A stretch of DNA of 64,000 nucleotides from Candidatus Bathyarchaeota archaeon (lineage in GTDB: Archaea > Thermoproteota > Bathyarchaeia > 40CM-2-53-6), in contig CAVSBL010000002.1 in NCBI GenBank assembly GCA_963726255.1, positions 800,001 to 864,000 on the forward strand. Reading direction: 5' to 3'. Below are positions 50,001 through 57,320 of the stretch, in pieces. The stretch's first letter is position 1. Every line of letters starts with the position of its first letter. The translations under genes and the position numbers were made by a program. The notes under the pieces were generated by a model. It ran no database searches and was not told the origin of the DNA. It saw nothing but the letters and a program-made list of their open reading frames with translations.

Positions 50001-51156
50001 CTTCAGCATAGACATCGTAGGTACCTGGCGCAACACCCTCGACCTCATAGTGGCCGTGCGATGTTGCGTTGAAGTATCCAACGGCATCAGTGCATCCAGC
50101 AGTAGGTGCCATCAGCGTTCCAGTAGAGCAATCGATGAGCTTGTTGCCGGTGTACGGGTCAAGCTTGGTCGTCATATGAGCCCAAACTTGTCCTGCCTCC
50201 TCCACGGGTAATCCGTAGAGCGAAGCATTGTATCCACCGTACTTGAGGTTCCCAGTAATGATTGCCGGATCAATCTCACCCTTAACGAGCAAGACTGGCC
50301 AGTTCTCAACTGGGACAAAGTAATTGCGGTCCGTGCCGACTCTGAATGATAGCTTGAAGAAGTATTTTCCAGCAACTGTGGGTGCAGTGACGCCGTTAAT
50401 CCTCACGTAGTACCATGGGTCACAAACGCCGCCCGTCGTGGTAACACCGTTCGGACCAAGGTCCTCACATCCACCCGCTGTGGTTTGTTTGAAGACGATT
50501 CCTGCCCCTGCGCCTGGATTGATGTGGTCTGGTATGTTGTCAGCTACGATTCGTAGCAATGTCCACCCTGGAGCCCATCTGTCAAATGGGCTGATTTTTC
50601 CGTAGTTGATGATGTTTCCGTAGGAGTTGGTTACGGTGGTGACGATATTATCGACACCGCCCGGTACGCCGAATTCAGGTGGGATGGCTATGTAGAGTCT
50701 ACTGTAACCTACAGTAGCAGTTAGCTGGGTTGCGTTCACTGCGAAAATCAAGTCACCGGTTGTGCCGGTGAGGATTGCTCCGAATGGAGCGTACGCGTGC
50801 CCGTCAACCTGAAGCCAGTTCTGTGGCGCGTTAGTTCCAAGGTCTGTTGCGGGGTATGGGGGCATGTAGCCCGGTGCAGCGGTATTCGAATATGGTGAGA
50901 ATGTTCCCTCGTATGTGGCTGCGCCAGATCCTGGCCAGACATAACCGATTACGCCTGGCACGTGAACCTGTGTGTTGAAGCTGGAGAGACAGTCGGCGGC
51001 GTTACCGCCGTCGAAGTCGCATGTATGGTATGGGTAGTTTGGAGTGTAGTCGCCCAATGTGAAGTGGGCGCTAACCGGAGTCAGTTGACTCACAATCGCT
51101 AGAGTGCTAATTAGGAATATGGCTATTGTTAGCCCTGCAGTAAATTTCTTATGCAA
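47008..51156 (-). CDS. 1382-aa PEF-CTERM-type surface protein, probable major envelope/S-layer-like glycoprotein
   Basis: Signal peptide, carboxypeptidase-regulatory-like beta domains (APGTYDVYAEAAGY), many sequons, C-terminal VPEF + TM + RRRRR. Confidence 0.85.
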   Translation of the reverse strand: MHKKFTAGLTIAIFLISTLAIVSQLTPVSAHFTLGDYTPNYPYHTCDFDGGNAADCLSSFNTQVHVPGVIGYVWPGSGAATYEGTFSPYSNTAAPGYMPPYPATDLGTNAPQNWLQVDGHAYAPFGAILTGTTGDLIFAVNATQLTATVGYSRLYIAIPPEFGVPGGVDNIVTTVTNSYGNIINYGKISPFDRWAPGWTLLRIVADNIPDHINPGAGAGIVFKQTTAGGCEDLGPNGVTTTGGVCDPWYYVRINGVTAPTVAGKYFFKLSFRVGTDRNYFVPVENWPVLLVKGEIDPAIITGNLKYGGYNASLYGLPVEEAGQVWAHMTTKLDPYTGNKLIDCSTGTLMAPTAGCTDAVGYFNATSHGHYEVEGVAPGTYDVYAEAAGYPQVVIASGVTVLKGQSLHFDGYLQPGAVIHGDVNSKHQFGIEPWPYTAYMKIELYDQPTNNHAPQDSSGNALVPVSWSPLPCVAAGQDVWRGGTDAQGCAKSNSNHVGDPRFASQIAFPWHEWLTSDGFPGMSNGYTYDFSLSADPQLQSASFPAAIPSAGDNTGMLTTDPQGVGPAQNWFVKGGTSDPFHFEFGMKGEFGAPRDMDGHVPQLFATWVNGLTPGRYYVRAWTFRYVQSALDGATFQEYPIDVTPQEWAGDITVPIDLRLSSWVNKTVHFHDLAGTINEDPMSTGANNSEDPFMVGGLYGGPYGDPSKSASIASWNVTALSATSGACTPLIKSCFITFYGFNDTWIGDNYGIPAGTYTPKVWVQGYLQQTFEQVSVTLSGNPTYISDHMYRGVGLNITAYSIDWERPRVNRNWVWDGAEIDFVVLDSNGNQVNQICFTCWGGNGVTGGLTNYNGIQLPGGAFGGLGPDYGNTQPFTDQESNSSSYEVPGLGIGNANGVWFGTEPLGAALDGHADVGGYTSYASTGGTGSAYGADPTALSSMVGGFGWTTSVINTWSHTGFYKPTALDSGQYCIAGWTYGYVQDKQFCVYANKGEIADIKVNMLIGVNVTLDILFKKEHVITPTPFNMSARVRVFDDSGVLQGEWMTSEGTYVTGPGTATSAQCGDFYVGTAETICKYPWDGNFYGADPSGFNYLPGGVTNLHVVIAGLNPTFSDGYTWEWGDPVFANTAINCDFEPDCTGPGLGYPTPWFVNNGISGAPDYTGSWTVETDFVNWYANNTGIVPQYYPPVIGLLQGESFHIIPGTTATSGVSLTEDGAENSAFLGLAAPGMERNHLGPYEQQGVWQLSNAHLSGEVSGVFELDLAGYVSGSAWAFSWSNEFRPLSWASVTMASADGKWTFHQYTYDGIYEGYLAPGSYSLTIAAPGIASQSWSIVVTAGQSSGVGTGQQLYLEQSNIPVPEFSGIAIVAFSALAASLYLLRRRRR

Positions 51157-51235
51157 ATTTTCTTTTTCTCCCTTAATTTTTCGGTTACGTCAACTTGCTT
51201 GACGTATACCAATTCCCCGCTAGGCCCATCAAACC

Positions 51236-51243
51236 ATATATAA
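51236..51243 (-). promoter_or_regulatory. Probable TATA box of the large surface protein gene
   Basis: TTATATAT on the - strand about 80 nt upstream of the TTG start. Confidence 0.5.
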
Positions 51244-51305
51244 GGGGACAACTTGGGCAACGATATTTAAGTAGCAATAAGCAATTCGCATGAACGGTCT
51301 CGAAA

Positions 51306-51887
51306 ATGTCAACACCCTACCAAAAGTACAAGCAATACTTCCGAAACTACCATCGAAACTACTGGCGGGCCCACAAGGAATACCGCGACCGGCAAAAACA
51401 AATCAAAAGAGAACACTACAGCGCAAACCTCGAAAAAGAACGGCTCAGAGTGAAGAAGTACATATCCGCACTCTACTCGAATTGGTTTGGAGTAAGTCCG
51501 AGCCCAACCCTCGTCCGTGAAAAACTGCTCGCAGCAAAGAAACTAGCCGTAGAAAGAATCCTACCAAAAGAAGGTTTTAGGGGAATACTCTGGCCCGGGA
51601 TGTTGACGACGGGTGAAACGGGGAACGTGACAAGTTTCTGGGTATTCGACGCGCTGGCTTACAAAGGTGGAAAGCCATGCGCCATCCAAATCACGACTTC
51701 GCCTGCTCATCAAATACGAAATCGCGCCATGGTTTCGGCGTTCTTGCAGTTCCTCGGAATGAAGCTCTACGTTTGTGCGGTACGACCGAATTTGGAGGAA
51801 TATCACCTCATCAAATACAGTCCCAGTGAAATCCCTAGCGCTGTTGTGATCAATCTGAAACGCATGCGAGAACTGAAGCGAGTATAG
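51306..51887 (+). CDS. Basic protein with Tyr/Arg-rich helical N-terminus and PD-(D/E)XK-like C-terminal domain
   Basis: L.KEGF...FDALAYKGGKPCAIQIT pattern. Confidence 0.55.
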   Translation: MSTPYQKYKQYFRNYHRNYWRAHKEYRDRQKQIKREHYSANLEKERLRVKKYISALYSNWFGVSPSPTLVREKLLAAKKLAVERILPKEGFRGILWPGMLTTGETGNVTSFWVFDALAYKGGKPCAIQITTSPAHQIRNRAMVSAFLQFLGMKLYVCAVRPNLEEYHLIKYSPSEIPSAVVINLKRMRELKRV

Positions 51888-52038
51888 AGATGGACTCTCA
51901 ACTAGGCTCGGAGGTTCGCGATTGTCTAACACTTGAAACAGTCCGCGCAAAACGGTGCTTCTGTTTGACCGTCGAAGTCGGATTAAACAACAATAACCCT
52001 AATTTGGGACGAGGAAGTACCACGGACCGGCCACGGTA

Positions 52039-54225
52039 ATGCGCTCTCTACGCTTACTTCTTCTCTCAATCCTTCTCCTGCCGATTTTGATGGCGCCGGC
52101 CGCGCAAGCCCAGCCAGCCCCGCATTACATCGTGCTCTACGCGCATTCAATCGGGAACCAGCGTATTCTCAATGCTCTTCAACAATGGGGCGGCGAGAAG
52201 GTCGCTAACATCACTAAGGGGGTCACTTTCACGCTGAGCCCAGTACTTGGTGACGATTTGCGGATCGATGGAGCTATCACTTTCACGATATATCTCCAAG
52301 CGAACAACTTCTTCTTCGGGACAGTTGGGCTGAGTCTGGCTGAACTCCCTAAGGGAGGGACGGAAATCGAAGTCCCAGGGGCAAGCGTGGACACATCTCC
52401 TATCAGGTTGGGGCCTGGGGCAACGGTTTTGCCAGTGACAGTTGGGGTTGGAATTATCGATTATCAATTCCGAGCCGGTTCCGCAATATTACTTCATGTT
52501 GGCGTTGATCAAGCCTCAGGGTCCGGAACACCGCTGCTGTTATGGGATGACCCAGTCGCGCCTTCAAGCCTTAGACTTCCGGCCTTGTCACCTACAACCG
52601 CCGAGCTTAGCTTAGCGGGAGCGCAAAAGTTCGGCCGGATTTTCCAGACGGAAACCAATGGCACCGCTGCAGTCAGCATCGGTGGCGTAGTCAGGGATGC
52701 GATTGGTGCCTACCGTTTCACTTCCGGTTCCTATCTACTGACGGCTCCCAACGGAACTAACATAAGTTTCCAAGTTGACCCGAAGAACGAAACTGACTAC
52801 TCGAGCGCATCCTCGGTTGCCTCAAACTTCAGTGAGGGGAATTGGCAAATCAGCTTGGTTCTACGCGACGTTTCAGGCGACAGTTATTCCTTTGCTGATA
52901 ATTTCTGGGTAAGCCAGTTCTTCCCTGTTTCAGTCGAAGTTGTAACCTCCGGTGGCTCCCCTCTTGCGAATGCGAATTTAACTGTAAACTGTGGGGGCGA
53001 AGCAAGTTGGAGCACGCTGACAAACGCCACTGGTCTTGGAGTGTTGTGGCTACCTTCGAGCCTGATTATCGGGCCTATGAATCTGACAGTCTCGTGGCAT
53101 GGAACACAAACGTCCCTGCTTCTCCCAACTATCGACCGACCTTCGATGTTTGCTATGCGACTGGCCGTGTACGATATCTCCGTCCGGATTGTATTGTATA
53201 CTCCGCTCCTCGCCTTGCCTATCCCGTTCGTTCACGTCACTCTGTCTCAGGAAGGCCGCTACGTTAATGATTCATTAACTGGGGTAAACGGTGCTGCCGA
53301 TTTCAAGACAATTCCCGGCGGCAACTACACGGTGCGCGTAGACTACTTCTTTGCCACGCATCAGGCGCCAATGAGTGTTAAGGCAGACGGCGGTGCAGTC
53401 GTCGCCGTACCGTTCCCACATACGACAATTACGATCGCCACTGCTCTGGCTCTGATATCAATCGCATCGGTCGTACTAGTTAGAAGAAGGAGAGGCAAAC
53501 TCTACCCGTGTAGTTTCGACTACTTTACAGAGTTAACCCGTGGCGGCCTACCCGCGGCGTGTTTCATAACCATAGCCGGGAATTCCGGCTCAGGCAAGAC
53601 TGTTCTATTGAACTCTCTGGCCGGACAGCATCTGGCCTCCGGCAAAGTAATCTACATAACCAACACTGAGTATCCCGACAAAATCCGCGATAGCCTCATC
53701 AAACTTGGAGTTTGTAACGAATCCGATGTGAAAAACGGCAGGCTGATTTTTATCGATGCCTACTCCGCGATAGGGGGCGGCTTGTCGAAAGAAGAGTTCT
53801 CGGTCAGTTCACATACTGACCTGACGACTCTGGGGTTAAGCATTTCCAAGTGCCTTCAGATTGCAGGTCCTGATGCGGACATTTATCTCGACTCGTTGAA
53901 CCCGCTCATCGCCGCATTGCGTATTGATTACCTGATAAATTTCCTCCAATCCGTCGCGGCCAAGGTTAAAGCAAATAACGGAAAATTCTGCGTGATCGTC
54001 GGGACGGGGATAGAGAAAGAGGATATGACAAAGCTCGAGGAATTTTCCGATGGTGTCATAGAGACCCAGCTCCAGGAATCTGGGAGAGGCCAACGAAGAC
54101 GACTGAGAATTAAGAAGCTACGGGACAAACCCTACGTCGACAGTTGGATGCGGTTCCAAGTTGAGCAGGCGAGGGGCATCGTGTTCCTTACGAGATCAAA
54201 AGACCATAGCTCGGCTCATGCGTAA
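52039..54225 (+). CDS. Single-pass membrane protein: beta-sandwich ectodomain + TM + cytoplasmic KaiC/RAD55-like ATPase
   Basis: Signal peptide, sequon-rich ectodomain, TM followed by RRRR, GGLP, GNSGSGKT, FIDAYS, LDSL, DGVIE, RIKKLR. Confidence 0.85.
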   Translation: MRSLRLLLLSILLLPILMAPAAQAQPAPHYIVLYAHSIGNQRILNALQQWGGEKVANITKGVTFTLSPVLGDDLRIDGAITFTIYLQANNFFFGTVGLSLAELPKGGTEIEVPGASVDTSPIRLGPGATVLPVTVGVGIIDYQFRAGSAILLHVGVDQASGSGTPLLLWDDPVAPSSLRLPALSPTTAELSLAGAQKFGRIFQTETNGTAAVSIGGVVRDAIGAYRFTSGSYLLTAPNGTNISFQVDPKNETDYSSASSVASNFSEGNWQISLVLRDVSGDSYSFADNFWVSQFFPVSVEVVTSGGSPLANANLTVNCGGEASWSTLTNATGLGVLWLPSSLIIGPMNLTVSWHGTQTSLLLPTIDRPSMFAMRLAVYDISVRIVLYTPLLALPIPFVHVTLSQEGRYVNDSLTGVNGAADFKTIPGGNYTVRVDYFFATHQAPMSVKADGGAVVAVPFPHTTITIATALALISIASVVLVRRRRGKLYPCSFDYFTELTRGGLPAACFITIAGNSGSGKTVLLNSLAGQHLASGKVIYITNTEYPDKIRDSLIKLGVCNESDVKNGRLIFIDAYSAIGGGLSKEEFSVSSHTDLTTLGLSISKCLQIAGPDADIYLDSLNPLIAALRIDYLINFLQSVAAKVKANNGKFCVIVGTGIEKEDMTKLEEFSDGVIETQLQESGRGQRRRLRIKKLRDKPYVDSWMRFQVEQARGIVFLTRSKDHSSAHA

Positions 54226-54267
54226 CGTTTTAGCTGTCGACTTGTTATCGTAGGATAGCGCGTAGCA

Positions 54268-57159
54268 CTAGTCGCTGTTGTCAAAGTGTGAATTTCCTTG
54301 CCGGCGTCTTCGAGCGGCAGCCAACATTAGCGACCCAATAAGGATGCCTAAGAGGGTCGCTTCGATTGGGAACCCAGGTATTGGTGGGAGTGCAAGGGAG
54401 TTTGAGTATGAGGCCACATAGGTGTCGGGGGCGTTGACTACCAATGGTCCTTCGATTATTCCTCCGGTCGCGTTTCGCCAACCTGCGAACTGGTGAACGG
54501 TGAACCCGTCGATTACAGTTTGGTTCAACGTGGGGATAATCGTCGTGCCCTTTTGGTACCAGAACTGGTAGTTGTTGTTCACTGACAAGTCATGGTACGT
54601 GTTGTTGAGGTTGAGTTTGAGGATCGTAGAGTTTGAGACACCATTAACTTTGAAAGTGATCAAGTACGCGGTGTTCCAGTTCGCTGTCAATGTTTTCGGT
54701 GCATCTGCCCGTAGTGTCAGGCTCGGCGAGGACCCAGAGTAGTCGCCTGTCCAGCCCACGAATGTTCGGCGTGTTGCGTTTCCGTAATCGACCTGGGCTT
54801 GTACGTTAACTGGTACGGTTGACCCTGCGTCATACCAACCCGCGCCTGAGGGCGTTCCATATTCAGAGTTCACAGTGACCAAGTACTGCATCTTCCACAC
54901 CGCCTGAAGTGTCATCGGTGCATTTACTGAGACTTGTCCTGTCGGGCTGTTTCCAAGAGAAGTTGAATTCCAACCAGTAAAGACCTGTCTGGTGCCGTTA
55001 GAAAACTGGACAATTGATTGTACGGCCACCGTCGCAACGTCGCCAGCGTTATACCAACCGCTCCCTGTGGGCGAGCCGGTGGGGGATATTATCGTAACAT
55101 AGAACTGTTTCAGCCAGTTCGCTTTCACCGTGACAGGTTTAGTCATATTGACGGTAATTGTAGTTGAGTTTGCATCCACGTCGCCCATCCAACTTGAAAA
55201 TATTAGGCGTGAGGCGTTCGCCGTCACATTTGACGGGTTCTCCGCATTAACCTGCACGACGCTGTCTGGCGTGTACCATCCGCTGGATGTGGTTGTGCCG
55301 CCGCTCGGGTCGATGTCGAGCAGATATTGAGTGGCGTACTGAGCCTGCAGGGTTGTATCGGAGGTGACTGTAATTGTGCGCGGGTTCGTTAGGTTTCCGT
55401 CCGACCACCCGGTAAACGCTTGACGTATGCCCAACGATGTGTTGACAGCCGGCTGGATTTCCACCGTTATTGTGCCGTTGGGGACGCTCGTTTGAAATTG
55501 GTTCGAAGTGAAGTTATATTTCACACCATTAATCAGGACCCAGATATTCCCAGCTGAAGTCACGTTTCCTGGAACGTTGATTGAAAGTACTGGTCCAACG
55601 TTCACCGTGAAAGTCGCGACGTTGTTCGCGGTGTTTGTATCATTCAACGTGTGGTACGGATCTATGGTTATCTCGAAGAGGTGGGTTCCGAGGACTGAGT
55701 TCCAAGTGAAACTCGTCTGAGTTGAAGACCCTGCGCCGACGCTGACTTCGGTGTTCGTATAGTGCTGGCCGTCAAGATCCATTGCAACTGGAACATTGGT
55801 TACGCTACTAGTGCCTAAGTTTGATACTTGGACGGTGATCGTAACCGTCGTGTTTGGAACAGTAATTACAGGCGGTTGAGCAGAGACTCCGGTTATTGCA
55901 AGGTCAACGTAGGTTTGATTCTGATTCTGTGGCGGCGGCGCGCTACCCCTATTCACAGTAACCTGGTAGGAATTACCTACCTTGCCAGTCACAGTTACGG
56001 CTATGTTGTTCTGCCTGTCGCTGAAGGTTTGGCCAACGTTCCAAACAGCATCTTCCAGCTCTGATACACCTGGGTGTCCATCCATAACATGCACTCTGCC
56101 GATTATGGCGTTCTCGTCTACAGAGGTGATCAGCACGCCAGTCGCCGGCAACGCCTTGTCGAAACCTGTGAATGATCTCACTTCGACAAGGTAGTATTGA
56201 CTTGGGTCCGCGCTTAGGGGTATCTGTATCGCATGCACGTTACTTGATGGTACCTCGGTTGGATCAACAGTAAAGCTGCTGGTGAAACCATTGTTTGCCA
56301 CTGCAAGTTGAGATCCGCTGATGAAGCCGAGCTGAATCTTGGGCCAAGCCGTCATGTGGGCTGGGCTTGATCCGGCAGGGGCGCCGTTCCATAGACCTTT
56401 GTCCATCAACTCCCAAGGTCCAAGGATGGTTTTTCCAGTGTTAATGTTGTATAAGTCCGGTAGTCCTAAGTTGTGGCCGAATTCGTGGACCCAGACGCCG
56501 TTTGGTACAGTCCCTCCTGCTTCAAGTTCCGGGTCAATGTTGAATTTGGTGAGAGTTTTCGAGTTTGTTCTAACCCATACTCCACCTAGGTAGGTCACTG
56601 ACCATACGTCGCTCTTGACACCACTGGATTCTTCACCATTCCCAGAATGGATGAAGACGAAATAGTCGTAATTCATGAAGTTCACATCCTTCTGCGCGAG
56701 AAGCGCAGCGTCCTGTGCGATATTCCATGATTGGTCCGCTCCGCTGCAGTCAGCATCGTCGATGGCCTGACAGTCCATTCCATAGTGCGATTCCGGATAG
56801 GGAAGCTTGTACCAACCGTAAGCGTCACCTTGGACGGTCAAAGTGCCCAGCGATGCTTCATGGTAGTATGCATTCAGAGTTCCAAAATACTCCTGTTTTA
56901 GCGTAGCAATGCTGACTGTGTAGTTGAGGTTGGAGAATGCGGCGGCTATCAGTAGAACCCGTATGACTCCTGAAACGGGGGCGGGATGGGGTGTGTAGCC
57001 CGGGCTGGGACTTGGGAGCGGCATTGAGGGACTGGGCGCGAATACCATAATCGGATGCGCACTCTGCGCAAACACTATCGACGACACGTTTGCCGCGGGA
57101 AATAGCCCGAAAAGAAGGAGAGCGAGTATCGTAAGTGTCCGTCTATTGTCCGCGAACAT
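54268..57159 (-). CDS. M6 (immune inhibitor A-like) metalloprotease + CARDB + InlB-B-like repeats, PGF-like C-terminal anchor
   Basis: HSGNGEE, HEFGHNLGLPDLY, WELMDKG, YYLVE.R, CARDB-like DLAIT...NN, repeated G.GWY units, IPGFP + TM + RRRR. Confidence 0.88.
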   Translation of the reverse strand: MFADNRRTLTILALLLFGLFPAANVSSIVFAQSAHPIMVFAPSPSMPLPSPSPGYTPHPAPVSGVIRVLLIAAAFSNLNYTVSIATLKQEYFGTLNAYYHEASLGTLTVQGDAYGWYKLPYPESHYGMDCQAIDDADCSGADQSWNIAQDAALLAQKDVNFMNYDYFVFIHSGNGEESSGVKSDVWSVTYLGGVWVRTNSKTLTKFNIDPELEAGGTVPNGVWVHEFGHNLGLPDLYNINTGKTILGPWELMDKGLWNGAPAGSSPAHMTAWPKIQLGFISGSQLAVANNGFTSSFTVDPTEVPSSNVHAIQIPLSADPSQYYLVEVRSFTGFDKALPATGVLITSVDENAIIGRVHVMDGHPGVSELEDAVWNVGQTFSDRQNNIAVTVTGKVGNSYQVTVNRGSAPPPQNQNQTYVDLAITGVSAQPPVITVPNTTVTITVQVSNLGTSSVTNVPVAMDLDGQHYTNTEVSVGAGSSTQTSFTWNSVLGTHLFEITIDPYHTLNDTNTANNVATFTVNVGPVLSINVPGNVTSAGNIWVLINGVKYNFTSNQFQTSVPNGTITVEIQPAVNTSLGIRQAFTGWSDGNLTNPRTITVTSDTTLQAQYATQYLLDIDPSGGTTTSSGWYTPDSVVQVNAENPSNVTANASRLIFSSWMGDVDANSTTITVNMTKPVTVKANWLKQFYVTIISPTGSPTGSGWYNAGDVATVAVQSIVQFSNGTRQVFTGWNSTSLGNSPTGQVSVNAPMTLQAVWKMQYLVTVNSEYGTPSGAGWYDAGSTVPVNVQAQVDYGNATRRTFVGWTGDYSGSSPSLTLRADAPKTLTANWNTAYLITFKVNGVSNSTILKLNLNNTYHDLSVNNNYQFWYQKGTTIIPTLNQTVIDGFTVHQFAGWRNATGGIIEGPLVVNAPDTYVASYSNSLALPPIPGFPIEATLLGILIGSLMLAAARRRRQGNSHFDNSD

Positions 57160-57320
57160 AATCTCGTCGACCGAAGCTTTGCTGCCGCGTTCTCTCAGAA
57201 ATCATAAAGTGTTTAGCGGCATGAAAACATGCACGCTCAAATGCGTGGCTTCAAACGGATTAACAGCAACCATGCAACGTTACTGCCCAGTCGCTAATTC
57301 TGAAAGATTTCAGATTATCA

